From Eledone cirrhosa (taxonomy: Eukaryota), in NCBI GenBank assembly GCA_964016885.1, contig CAXHJY010000520.1, forward strand, positions 1 to 38,259: a stretch of DNA of 38,259 nucleotides, in the 5' to 3' direction. A program made the translations under genes and the position numbers. How positions within the stretch are numbered: position 1 is the stretch's first letter; every line of letters starts with the position of its first letter. A model generated the notes under the pieces. That model was not told where the DNA came from, did not search any database, and saw only the letters and a list, made by a program, of their open reading frames with translations. Below, piece by piece: positions 1 to 16,370 of the stretch.

Positions 1-4151
<4,151 letters not shown>

Positions 4152-5591
4152 TACTCTTTTACTCTTTTACTCTTTTACCTGTTTCAGCCATCCGGCTGAG
4201 GCCATGCTGGGGCACCGCCCTTGTTGCTACACATTTTATCTCCAGCCTGTATAGGTTGGCCACTGGTGTAGGAGGGAGTTTGTTGCTGCTGCCCTTAGGT
4301 TTCCCTCGTGTCTTGCTGTGGGCTCATCCGGATCCTGGATAACAAGGTGTCGAGACGTTTCTTAAAGACATCCACCTCCACGTCATGCAAGTCTCGCAGA
4401 TGCCTCGGCAGCCTGTTGAAGAGTTGAGGGCCCTTGAATCCCAGGCTATTGCAATACCTGCTCCTTATTCTAGATGTGGAAGACGGGACCTTTGGCACCA
4501 CACAGTGACGTCCTGTTCGACGGTTGGTCCAGCTCCCAATGCTAAAGTTTGGTGCTAGTCCCTCCAGGATTTTCCACATGTAGATCACTGCGTATCTCTC
4601 CCGTCTTCGCTCCAAGGAGTAGAGGTTCAGTTACTTCAGCCTCTCCCAGTAGCTTGTCTCCCTCATCTTGGCAATCCTCTTGGTGTAGCTTCGCTGGATT
4701 GCCTCAAGCTCTGTGGTTAGTTTGACACTATGGGGTGACCACAGCTGGGAGCAGTAGTCCAGGCGTCTTAGGACAAAAGTCCTCCACAGTGTCAACATGG
4801 TGTCTCGATCTCTTGTAAGGAAAGTCCTCAAGATCCAGCCAGCGAATCGTCTACATGCTGTCGCCACCTTCATGATGTGTGAGAGAAAAAGATGCATCAT
4901 CGCTCATGTCTATGCCCAGGTCTCGTATCGATTTTGACACGGGGATATCGGTCCCTCCTGGTCCTGTGTAGCTGTGTTCCGCTATATTTGTGTTTGTGTT
5001 TGCAGGTTTGTATTGTAGGGCTTGGAATTTGCCAGCATTAAAACTGCATGTTGTTTTCTTCCGCCCATCTGTATATGGCATCCAGATCCTGCTGTAAGAG
5101 GGCAGCGTCAGCCGGGTTTTTTGATTGCCTGTGCTACCTTAGTGTCATCAGCATAGCTAGTGAGGGATGTTGTTGCATGCACCACAGAGGGCATGTCCGA
5201 GAGAGCCACCAAAAACAGTAGTGGTCCCAGGACTGTCCCCCTGAGGCACCCCACTTGTTATCGGTGTTTCCCTCGAGAGGGCCCCATTTGCTGCGACTGC
5301 CTGGCTTCTGTCCCTCAGGAAGCCATGCAGCCACTCACCTACTTTTCCAGTTATGCCGAGTCCGTGTAGTTTGTGACATATCATTCCGTGGTCGACCTTG
5401 TCAAAGGCCTTCGCAAAGTCAAGATATATCACGTCTACATGTGAGCTGTCTAGTAGCTGTCTCAGTACCCAGTCGTAGTGATGTAGCAGCTGTGTAAGGC
5501 AGCTTCTTCCTGGGCGGAAGCCATGTTGCGTGCTAGTCAGGCGGTCACTTTCTTCGAGGAAAGTGATTAGTTTCTTTCTGACGACTCGCTC
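4152..5591 (-). mobile_element. 5'-truncated, frameshifted CR1/L2-group LINE (RT C-terminal part, 3' UTR, (AAAAGAGT)n tail)
   Basis: Minus-strand fragments in several frames: [43 protein letters not shown] (5142-5159), FNAGKFQ, IRDLGI, WILRTF...LDYCSQLWSP, ERRRERYAVIYMWKIL. The 3' end has three ACTCTTTT repeats at ~4153-4176. Confidence 0.92.
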
Positions 5592-5628
5592 TGTTTATAT
5601 TTCTTTCTGACGACTCGCTCTGTTTATA
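5571..5628. repeat. Perfect 29-bp tandem duplication at the LINE 5' truncation junction
   Basis: TTTCTTTCTGACGACTCGCTCTGTTTATA occurs at 5571-5599 and 5600-5628. Confidence 0.95.
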
Positions 5629-5647
5629 TTTATATGTATATATATTT

Positions 5648-5679
<32 letters not shown>

Positions 5680-5882
5680 ATATATTTATATATATTTATA
5701 TATATATATATATAAATATATATATAAATATGTATATATATATTTATATATATATATATATAAATATATATATAAATATGTATATATATTTATATATATA
5801 TTTATATATATTTATATATATATATATATAAATATATATATAAATATATATTTATATATATATATAAATATATATATATATT

Positions 5883-5913
<31 letters not shown>

Positions 5914-6113
5914 TTATATATATATTTATATATATATATATTATATATATATATATTTATATATATATATATATAATATATATAAATATATATATATATA
6001 TAAATATATATATATAGATATATATAAATATATATATAAATATATATGTAAATATATAAATATATAAATATATAAATATATATAAATATATAAATATATA
6101 TATATATAGATAT
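5629..6113. repeat. (TA)n microsatellite
   Basis: Seen directly. Confidence 0.95.
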
Positions 6114-6297
6114 AACGAAGGAAATGTGGTAAGGAACCAGGTGGACCATAACGCACGAAAGTACTCAATACATAGGGTAGTAGAGTGGGTAATAGGAACC
6201 AGTGAGACCCCGACGGCTGAGCTCAAGCCGTTTCGACGGCTAATTCTGGACGTCGAAACGGCTTGAGCTCAGCCGTCGGGGTATTACTGGTTCCTAT
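6114..6297 (-). mobile_element. PLE terminal-repeat relic (family A) with inverted 5' duplication; 3' half of a hammerhead only
   Basis: Inverted arms 6192-6238 and 6251-6297. Each arm reads GAAA-CGGCT...AGCCG-TC (stem III plus GUC) but lacks CUGANGA. Flanked by (TA)n and homologous to 9434-9602. Confidence 0.7.
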
Positions 6298-6318
6298 ATA
6301 TAAATATATATATATATA

Positions 6319-6350
<32 letters not shown>

Positions 6351-6639
6351 AATATATATATATATAAATATATAAATATATATATATATAAATATATAAA
6401 TATATATATATATAAATATATAAATATATATATATATATATGAATATATATATATATAAATATATAAATATATATATATATAAATATATAAATATATATA
6501 AATATATAAATATATATATAAATATATAAATATATATATAAAAATATATATATATAAATATATAAATATATATATAAATATATATATATATAAATATATA
6601 TATATATAAATGTATATATATATATATATAAATATATAT

Positions 6640-6688
6640 AAATGAAAAGTATAGAAATTATTGTAGCAAGAAGCCAACAGTATTCCAT
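6640..6688 (-). repeat. Short inverted copy of the local repeat found at 8197-8310, 8659-8940 and 21631-21910
   Basis: Reverse complement reads TATGGAATACTGTTGGCTTCTTGCTACAATAATTTCTATACTTTTCATTTATA, matching ~8890-8940. Confidence 0.85.
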
Positions 6689-6706
6689 ATGTATGTGTGT
6701 GGGGGG

Positions 6707-6762
<56 letters not shown>

Positions 6763-8196
6763 ATACACACACGTTTTATTCATGAAAATCCTATTTATAT
6801 TTGGTAGTTTATAACAACCATTTCAAAATATAAATATATATATATATATATATATGGATAAGATTAGCATTTCTTTGTTTATTTTTTTATATATGAATAT
6901 TGATTGTTCTTTTTATCTCATTCTGTTATTTTGCCCGAGATAATATCTGTGTGTGTCATCAAATGTTGTACACACATAGATATTTTTTCAATTTCCAATT
7001 GAGTTCTTAGCACGTGGCCATAATTCCTTTCATATTTCATTGTCATGCGCATGTATTGTTTTTTTGGCGGTAATTTACTTCCTCATTTTTTTAATCAGTT
7101 TGAGCACTTCTTTAAAACTGCTTGACTGCAACCTGACAGATACCTCAGGCACAGAGGATGTTGATTATCGCTAAATACTGATGTTGGTTAGATTATCAAT
7201 ATTAGTATTATTGGGGCGCCCACTGATGAATTATAGGAGCCCACTTGAATATATATCTATTGATGGTATACAAGCTCCTACATAAATTGGTATAATTTCA
7301 ACCAAATTGTAGGAATCCTATAATGAAACGAGACGTCCGTCTGGGAAGAGATATATTAGATATGTCTCATATGAAATAATACAGCCAATTTTCCACGCAA
7401 TACTTTTAGTTAGCACCCCGAACGCATAATTGGGAATATAATCACTTATTTCCTAATGTTTGTTGAGTGAGTTAGAATTTGGCCGGAGTATCGCTAAAAA
7501 GCTTTCTCCGATATTGTATTTATATATATATATATATATACAGAGAGAGAGAGAGAACTGTTTGCAGATAAATCAGCAATAGTGCAGCTGTTAAGATGCA
7601 TAGTATTATTTAGATGTAGCCTACAGTTTAATAATCAATGACGACAATTTTTCATACAACTGTTATTCATTAATCATAAAATATCTATGATATGTCTACT
7701 GCATAATGGAGAGACACGAATCGCGACGTCTCGACTGAAGACCTTTGCTTTATATTCTATAATATTAAAGTTTATCCAAATCTAACACCATTCACTGAAT
7801 ATATTTCCCGTTGACGATGTAGCCACAAACTGATTTCCTCCGTTTCTATCTGGCATTTTTACAAGTAGAGTAACACTCCAAAGTTTAACCATATTTCTAC
7901 ATTTACAATATTTTATAAATCTAAAATGCATTGTTTATATATATGTAGAGGATGGAGAAGAGGCAATTGACATTATCAACTCAACTATTTGGTAGTTATT
8001 AAGTATGTTGAAATGAACCACAGTGTGCTCTGAGGTGAAATAATAGAGATGTTTTATGAAGTATATAATATACTTTAATAAAAACCGGTGAATTTGCTGA
8101 ATCGTTAACACGTAGGAGAAAACGCTTCTGCTATCGGTGCTCTGGGTAGAAATCACGTTGAAATCATCTTTGCCAATGATGATGATATATATATAC

Positions 8197-8310
8197 AATT
8201 ATTTTTCCCACATCTTACGTTAACTATTTTCCCACGCTATAGTCACTTATATATTATGGAATACTGTTGGCTTCTTGCTACTATACTTTCTATACCTTTC
8301 ATTTATATAT
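8197..8310 (+). repeat. Partial copy of an unclassified local interspersed repeat
   Basis: AATTATTTTTCCCACATCTTACGTTAACT...GGAATACTGTTGGCTTCTTGCTAC...TTTCATTTATA is near-identical to 8825-8940. Confidence 0.85.
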
Positions 8311-8658
8311 TTATACTCGGATTTCTTTCCTAGAGTGCTTAAATTATTTCTGACTAATCCCGGTATTAAAAAAAAAACCGCGATAATATTGCTTTTTGCT
8401 GAACTTCATATTGTAGAGTTTTTTTTCGGAATGTTTTTGACTGTTGTTTCATGTAAACAAACATTCATCTCATTCTGACGTCACTAGCCCTGTTTTTCCA
8501 CATGTGAGTTTTATTTTCATAATCACGCATGATGTTAAACTAGCCTGCTTTTAAATTTCCTTTTTGGCATATTAATCAGTGAGAATTTGGCTATCGTGTT
8601 TAGCTCTGCTGATGATCGTATTCCAACCGTGACCATCTCCACTGAAAGTTTTCGCGAA

Positions 8659-8933
8659 ATAGTCTTTTTCAAGACTATACAGAACATTTGTAGTTGTCCC
8701 AAATTGAAGGATGAGTATTTTAAACTTTATTTAACATGAGTTAAGGCTCTATTGATTTTTCCCTGGATTTCACTAAATTCTGTTGGATAAATCTATATCC
8801 TAATTCTTTTTGAATTGAGTTTGAATTATTTTTCCCACATCTTACGTTAACTGTTTTCCCATTTTGACGCTATAGTCACTTATATATTATGGAATACTGT
8901 TGGCTTCTTGCTACAATACTTTCTATACCTTTC

Positions 8934-8940
<7 letters not shown>
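8659..8940 (+). repeat. ~280-bp unclassified repeat ending in (TA)n; diverged copy at 21631-21910
   Basis: Collinear match by eye (ATAGTCTTTT...CAAATTGAAGGAT...CCCTGGATTTCACTAAATTCTGT...TCTTACGTTAACT). Confidence 0.85.
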
Positions 8941-9000
<60 letters not shown>

Positions 9001-9002
<2 letters not shown>

Positions 9003-9354
9003 AATAAAGATTCAGCGAGAATCGTATTTTCGGCTGGCTAAAGTACTTGCAAAGTGCTCAATAGTTAAAAACCAGAGCTAAAACAATGTGTTAAGAGGCC
9101 ATACAAAACTGAAAAGGTGGTCAAGAAAGCATTAATCACCCAAGCCAAAAACCAAATCGAGCTAAACAGGTCAAAACAAAATAAATGATAAAAAATAAGT
9201 ATATATATATTTTAAAATAACAGATTAAAGTTTAAGCAAAGAATCGCTGCTTTCGCCCTTAAGATCATGGGATCTTCTATGGTTTTTATATGATATATAT
9301 ATCATCCTTATCGAGCCTTCTTCGGATTTTAGTCTTCACATTTATTATTATTAC

Positions 9355-9356
<2 letters not shown>
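9001..9356 (-). mobile_element. Decayed PLE terminal-repeat-like relic
   Basis: Flanked by TA on both sides. Carries the shared 3' motif (TATTGAGCAC on minus, 9054-9063) and a degenerate GAAGA-TCCC...GGGC-GAAA on minus at ~9250-9278. Confidence 0.5.
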
Positions 9357-9431
<75 letters not shown>

Positions 9432-9433
9432 AA

Positions 9434-9602
9434 TAACGGAGGAAATGTGGTAAGGAACCAGGTGGACCATAACGCACCAAAGTACTCAATATTTAGGATA
9501 GTAGAGTGGGTAATAGGAACGAATGGGACTCCGACGGCTGAGCTCCAGAATTAGCCGTCGATACGGCTTCAGCTCAGCCGTCGGGGTCCCACTCGTTCCT
9601 AT
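9434..9602 (-). mobile_element. Second copy of PLE relic family A with inverted duplication
   Basis: Homologous to 6114-6297; inverted arms 9513-9544 and 9571-9602; flanked by TA. Confidence 0.7.
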
Positions 9603-9624
9603 ATATATATATATATATATATAT

Positions 9625-9951
9625 CAGGATTACACCAGTTTTAGACTAGTAAGACCATTATTCAGCGGAGTACTCGATACTAGGCATAGTAGAGTGTAAA
9701 TATATTTTCAGAGTCAGGACGCGACAGCTGCTGAACTCTTGACGTTTCGACACACACGCAAACACATTCTAGAGAGAGAGAGAGAACACTCAGTCCATGG
9801 GACGAGTTAAGTAGAAGTGGTAACACAACAGTTAGTTCACCATACCGAGAACAATTGTTTCACCTTACGGATCTTCAGCTGAATACGAGCTGAAGATCCG
9901 CGAAGGTGAAACAATTTTTCTCGGTATGATGAACTAACTGTTGTGTTACCA

Positions 9952-9954
<3 letters not shown>
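9625..9954 (-). mobile_element. PLE terminal-repeat relic (family B) with ~66-bp inverted arms carrying hammerheads
   Basis: Arms 9815-9880 and 9888-9954; shared 3' motif at 9670-9679; flanked by TA. Confidence 0.75.
9883..9927 (+). ncRNA. Type I hammerhead ribozyme (mirror copy on minus at ~9842-9879)
   Basis: ATACGAG-CTGAAGA-TCCGCGAAGGT-GAAA-CAATTT-TT-CTCGGTAT. The plus copy has stem I but a stem III mismatch. The minus copy has palindromic stem III (ACAATTGT, GUU site) but a short stem I. Confidence 0.7.
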
Positions 9955-10045
<91 letters not shown>

Positions 10046-10048
<3 letters not shown>

Positions 10049-10246
10049 TGTGCGGACGATATTTGTTTACTGTCTACGAAAAAATAAGTTTTATTTTTTA
10101 AGATATATTTATCAAACTTGGGTCAGTTTATCTTCATGACTTGTTCTATCGATCTCACTCGATAAACCTGCCATTGGCTTTGATGACGGCCTCAAGGCGG
10201 CCTCGGAACCGGCTATAGGCCTTCTTCACTGTCCTCCGGCTTAGGC
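10046..10246 (-). mobile_element. Tc1/mariner DNA transposon 3' end (transposase C-terminus and terminal repeat)
   Basis: Minus-strand translation [29 protein letters not shown] (stop 10155-10157) is typical of Tc1/mariner C-termini. The end reads TA|CAGTG at 10044-10050. Confidence 0.8.
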
Positions 10247-10323
10247 CCCTAAAGGCATATATATATATATCACTTTCACAAGAAATAATCGACTGTGCTT
10301 AGAGCTGAAGAGGGATGAGTTCC

Positions 10324-10837
10324 ACATATACATATATACATATATACATATATGCACATATACATATATATACATACATATATACACATATATACATATA
10401 TGCACATATACATATATACATATATGCACATATACATATATATGCACATATACATATATATACATACATATATATGCACATATACATATATATACATACA
10501 TATATATATATACATATATATATATACATATATATATATACATACATATATATATATACATACATATATATACATATACATATATACATATACATATACA
10601 TATATACATATACACATATATATACACATATATATATATACATATACACATATATATACACATATATATATATACATATACACATATATATATATACATA
10701 TACACATATATATACACGTATATATACATATATGTATATATACATATACACATATATATACACATATATATACATATATATATATATATATACATATACA
10801 CATATATATACACATACATATACACATATATATACAC

Positions 10838-10868
<31 letters not shown>

Positions 10869-11937
10869 CATATACACATATATATACACATATATATATA
10901 CATATACACATATATATACACATATATATATATATACATATACACATATGTATACACATATATATATATATACATATACACATATGTATACACATATATA
11001 TATATACATATACACATATATATACACATATATATACATATATATATACATATATATATATAAAACATATACATACATATATACATATATATATATAAAA
11101 CATATACATATATATATACATATATATATATAAAACATATACATATATATATATATATAAAACATATACATATATATATACATATATATATATAAAACAT
11201 ATACATATATATATACATATATATATACATATACATATATATATACATATATATATACATATACATATATATATATTAAACATATACATATATACATATA
11301 TATATACATATACATAAAACATATACATATATATACATATACATATATATACATATACATATATATATACATATATATACATATACATATATATACATAT
11401 ACACATATATATATACATATATATATACATATATACATATACATATATATATACATATATATATATACACATATACATATATATATACATATATATATAT
11501 ACACATATACATATATATACATATATATACATATACATACATATACACATATATATATATACATATATATATATACATATACATATATACATATATATAT
11601 ACATATATACATATATATATACATATACACATATATATATACATATACATATACATATATACATATATATATACATATACATATATACATATATATATAC
11701 ATATATATATATACACATATATATATATATACACATATACATATATACATATATATATACATATATATATACACATATATATACATATATATATATACAC
11801 ATATCTATACATATATATATACACACATATATATACATATATAATATATACATATATATATAAACATAAATATACATACATATATATATACACATATATA
11901 TACATACATATATACATATATATATACATACATATAT
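10324..11937. repeat. (TA)n microsatellite rich in CATA/CACA variants
   Basis: Seen directly. Confidence 0.97.
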
Positions 11938-12550
11938 GGTGGCTGCCAACTCGTTTAGAGTACGGCCACTACTTTATATCCATGTAGGAGAACCCCTACC
12001 GATGCGCTGAACAAGTGTGACTTTTTAGTCCAGCCAGCGACTTGAAAACTCTGGTACAAACACTACACTTGTGACAATTATTGACTCATAGTGCTGGGCC
12101 CATGGTACCATGTGATGACAAGTGCAGAGAGATCTCCAGATATAAAGCAATGCCCGTGTCGTGAAGCTTTTATAGTGAGCAAAGGCACTGCACAAAACCA
12201 GTCCCACTCTCTTAACCAAGATGATATTTACCAAAAAGAAGAACAAGTCAACAGCATTGGATACCATCAGGGTTGCAGGTGTTATATCAAAGTTTTCCTT
12301 CTCCTAGAATTCGGCCTTGACAAAGGCTCAGGGGTAATCTCTCCCGGTGATTTTTGATGGCCATTGACTCTTAAGAGCTCCTTTTCCCTTTGACAGGTTT
12401 TGTTTTTAGTCCTGCAGGATGTCCAAAGTCACCCTCCTCACCAAGAAACCTTGGTAGGGTTGCCAGTTTAGTCGCCAACGACCCGACCATGAGACAGGTT
12501 GTACTGGGATACATGTTACCAATAGCACCAACTGGTGACCTGACCATAGC
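11938..12550 (-). mobile_element. Probable 5' UTR fragment of an RTE-type non-LTR retrotransposon
   Basis: GC-balanced island between TA tracts. Minus-strand CTAGGAGAAGGAAAAC resembles RTE 5' regions as I recall them (not searched). A candidate HDV-like fold sits at its 5' end. Confidence 0.45.
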
Positions 12551-12668
12551 ATATATACACATATATATACATACATATATATATACACATATATATACAT
12601 ATATATATATACACATATACATATATATATACACATATACATATATATACACATATACATATATATAC

Positions 12669-12700
<32 letters not shown>

Positions 12701-12716
12701 GTATATATATACACAT

Positions 12717-12857
12717 AGAGCTTCCTGAAGATTTCATCTGAATGAAACAGTTCTAGACCTGTAGAAGGTCCTTCTATACAATAAATATATTTTACTCTGC
12801 CATGTATTGAGTACCTTACTTACTGTGGTTATCCCCGACTCAACCCGGGACCTACGT
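12717..12857 (+). mobile_element. PLE terminal-repeat relic (family C), homologous to 27641-27832
   Basis: Shares GAATGAAAC.GTTCTAG..C.GTAGAA...ACTCTGC.ATGTATTGAGTACCTTACTTACTGTGGTTA..CCGA.TCAACCCGG.A...ACGT with the minus strand of 27641-27770; flanked by TA. Confidence 0.8.
12721..12767 (+). ncRNA. Type I hammerhead ribozyme
   Basis: CTTC-CTGAAGA-TTTCATCTGAAT-GAAA-CAG[TTCTAGAC]CTG-TA-GAAG; predicted GUA cleavage after 12763. Confidence 0.8.
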
Positions 12858-12928
12858 ATATATATACACACATATATATATATATATATACACATATATA
12901 TATATACACATATATTTATATATACACA

Positions 12929-12957
<29 letters not shown>

Positions 12958-12962
<5 letters not shown>

Positions 12963-13253
12963 ACTGAGGATGTCTGTCTGTGTGTGTGTGAGTTTGAATC
13001 CCTAAAACTCGAGAACCACCCAACCGACTGTTCTCAAACTTTACACATGTAATACTTATGTTTCAGGGAGTGTTCTGCGCAAAAGAAATTTCAAATTTGT
13101 AATGCCCTCGGTACCGCATTAGGTGATTTAGCGATCTCTTCTATAATTCTTAGTCTTTCTCTTTCTAGATAGATAGATACATACATATAACGTCGCGCCC
13201 TTATAATATCTGTATGTATGTCTGCGTGTCTGCATTACGTCACTTCCTTGGGG

Positions 13254-13342
<89 letters not shown>

Positions 13343-13931
13343 TCCCTAAAACTAGAGAAGTACCCAACCGAATTTTTAAAACTTTATATGTGTTTTACAT
13401 ATGTTTCAGGGTGTGTTATGCACATAAACAAATTCAACTTTTTGATCCCCTATGGACTGCATTAGTTGAAAAACTGCGTGTTTTTCGGGATTTTAGGGGG
13501 TTTTTTTACTCGTTACGTCAGACTGATTTCTCTGATATTGTAACTATGTATTAGTCAGTCTCTTCTTCATACCGTGAGCAAACAAATTCCAACTTTTTTT
13601 ATAGCTTAGGGCCCGCATTAGGTGAAAAACTTCATTTTTTCAGCTTTTTAGGGCTTTTTTAGGCGTTACGTATAGCCGATTTACCTGAAATTTCAAGCCA
13701 TATTATGCACTTTAAAAAAATTCACTTTCTTGATCCCCTAGGGCCTGTATTAGGTGAAAACCTGCATTTTTTCTGCTTCATCGAGGAAAATCTTAATGAT
13801 TATCCAGCCATCAGAGTATTCGGTTTATTTTCTTTACATTGTCCACGCATGCAGTGTTTCCACGATTACGTCTGTTGGCGGCCCGCGTTCCAAAATACCT
13901 TATCCTGTGCAAGGCCTGGTACCACTGCTAG
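12958..13931 (+). mobile_element. Probable non-autonomous Helitron-like element with internal subrepeats and (GT)n
   Basis: Starts TATATAAC...GTCTGTCTGTGTG and ends in a degenerate GC-rich hairpin followed by CTAG|T (13928-13932). Internal repeats: TCCCTAAAACT.GAGAA at ~12999 and ~13343; GCATTAGGTGAAAA variants at ~13116, 13459, 13615 and 13747. Confidence 0.55.
13255..13340. repeat. (GT)n microsatellite
   Basis: Seen directly. Confidence 0.98.
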
Positions 13932-13966
13932 TATATATATATATATATATATACACATATGGTTAA

Positions 13967-14223
13967 GGCACGTGGCCTAGTGGTAAGAGTGTTGGACTTA
14001 CGATCATAATGTCGTGAGTTCGATTCCTGGATTGCGTGTTGTGTTCTTGAGTAAAACATTTGATTTCACGTTTCTCCGGTATACTCAGCTGGAGGTTTAA
14101 CCCTGCGATGGACTGGCGTCCTGTCCAGGTGTGTGTGGGGGGAGTCTTGTACTCTCAGTCGCTTCACGCCATGAAACCGGGATAAGCACCAGCCAAATAA
14201 ATCTTCTGGCTTAAGACAAACTT
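13967..14223 (+). mobile_element. tRNA-derived SINE
   Basis: Pol III A box TGGCCTAGTGG (13973-13983) and B box GAGTTCGATTCC (14016-14027). The body CCTGCGATGGACTGGCGTCCTGTCCAGG resembles a conserved SINE central domain. Confidence 0.85.
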
Positions 14224-14303
14224 CAGATATACACATATGCATACACATATATACATATATATATAAAATTGCGATATTTAGCATTAGAGGGTGTATACAG
14301 TAT

Positions 14304-14347
14304 AGAGAGAGAGAGAGAGAGAGAAAGAAAGAGAGAGAGAGAAAGAA

Positions 14348-14390
<43 letters not shown>
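14304..14390. repeat. (GA)n microsatellite
   Basis: Seen directly. Confidence 0.97.
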
Positions 14391-14392
<2 letters not shown>

Positions 14393-15399
14393 TCTGTGTG
14401 TATAATAATCATTATTGTAGACATAACGAATCACACTGCATTAATCTCAATTTTTATTGCATAGCAATTGAATTCATTGTTTTCTTCCGTAGGCCAACGT
14501 ATTCGATTTCCGGTGAACGAAACCAACCTAGAATTGGGGACGATGCCATAGAGACAAAGTAATTGAGAATGAGTGAAAGTGAAAGTCAATAGCTTAGAAA
14601 TAGCTGTTCTATTTATGTCTCGATATCAGAGTAGCCGATCACAGACGATTCTAATGGATTCATTGGTTTTGATATTTATTTTCATTGTTATTATTTTTTT
14701 ATAATTATTCCAGTTTTTCTTTCTGTCTTTTTCCACAATATCTCTTCATTATTCAGTTGGGAAGTTATTTATTCTGCGTTTCTCATTTGTGAGTAGCTAC
14801 ATTCAAAGGCTCCTTTTAAAAGAGTTCTTTTACATTAAAAAAATACAAAAATCAATCTAATATAGATTGGGTTTCCCGAACTGCACATCTCGTTAATTTT
14901 AAAATATATCATAGATCATCATCATCACCATTATTATTATCATTATTATTTTGTTTTGTTTTTGCTCTTGCTGTAATTTATGAATATTATATTATCAGCG
15001 AATGTATGGCGAATTATGCCTTATCAAGAAACAATATTTATATATCCTTATAGTCTCTCCATCATGTATAATTATACATGTATACATATATATATATATA
15101 AATATAAATATATATATAAATATATATAAATATATATAAATATAAATATATATATAAATATATATAAATATATATATAAATATAAATATATATATAAATA
15201 TATATAAATATATAAATATAAATATATATAAATATATATAAATATATATAAATATAAATATATATAAATATATATATAAATATATATAAATATAAATATA
15301 TATATAAATATATATAAATATAAATATATATATAAATATATATAAATATAAATATATATATAAATATATAAATATAAATATATATATAAATAGATATAT

Positions 15400-15690
15400 A
15401 AATGGCGTAGACATACAATACAACAGGAGGAAAATATAGCACCACTGACGTTGTTGCAGATGTGCAACGAAAGATTTATGATAAACTATATATATGTGTT
15501 TGTGTCTATATTGTATCTGTATTATTTTTGACCGCCGGTCAGTCAATGGCAACATTGAGGACCGAGTATATTAGATTACCGATATAAAAGACACAGAAGC
15601 GAGAAGCGAAAACCACCCAAACAGTGAGTGTGTTCTGTTATTAATTCTGGCAATATTACACAAATATGACCCTCCCCAAGTATAACAATA
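15400..15690 (+). repeat. Upstream direct terminal repeat (pLTR) of the PLE at 16363-19645
   Basis: High-identity direct repeat of ~19301-19586 (AAATGGCGT.GACATACAA...GACCCTCCCCAAGTATAACAATA). Confidence 0.85.
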
Positions 15691-15739
15691 TATATAAATA
15701 TATAAATATAAATATATAAATATAAATATATATATAAAT

Positions 15740-15770
<31 letters not shown>

Positions 15771-15779
15771 AATATATAA

Positions 15780-15822
<43 letters not shown>

Positions 15823-15829
15823 TATATAA

Positions 15830-15874
<45 letters not shown>

Positions 15875-16362
15875 TATATAACTATATACATAAATTTATA
15901 TAAATATATAAAATAAATATATATAAATATAAATATAAATATATATATATATAATTATATTTATAAATATATATATAAATATATTTATAAATATATAAAT
16001 ATAAATATATGTATAAATATATATATAAATATAAATATAAATATATATATAAATATAAATATAAATATAAATATATAAATATAAATATATATATATATAA
16101 ATATATAAATATATATAAATATATAAATATATATAAATATATATAAATATATAAATATATATAAATATATAAATATATATATAAATATATATATAAATAT
16201 ATATATAAATATATATATAAATATATATATAAATATATATAAATATATATATAAATATATATAAATATATATAAATATATATAAATATATATATACATAA
16301 ATATAAATATATATATAAATATATATATATAAATATAAATATATATATAAATATATATAAAT
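15691..16362. repeat. (TA)n/(TAAATA)n microsatellite
   Basis: Seen directly; a similar tract lies at 15083-15399. Confidence 0.95.
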
Positions 16363-16370
16363 ATCAGAAA

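Noticed and set aside
6114-6297. MITE interpretation of the hairpin islands
   Set aside because: The inverted arms are adjacent and asymmetric (one side has an unpaired tail) rather than terminal, and they carry hammerhead parts, which fits PLE inverted ends.
7130-8198. Possible minus-strand exons or pseudogene in the unique-looking region
   Set aside because: The frames I translated contain several stops and no recognisable motif; it needs BLASTx and is not supportable by eye.
10271-10323. CTGAAGA within a small island as a hammerhead
   Set aside because: No downstream GAAA or stems.
12025-12728. Short ORFs in the 11938-12550 island
   Set aside because: No protein motifs, and several run into TA repeats.
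13967-14035. tRNA gene
   Set aside because: A and B boxes are present but there is no acceptor-stem pairing, and the sequence continues into a SINE body.
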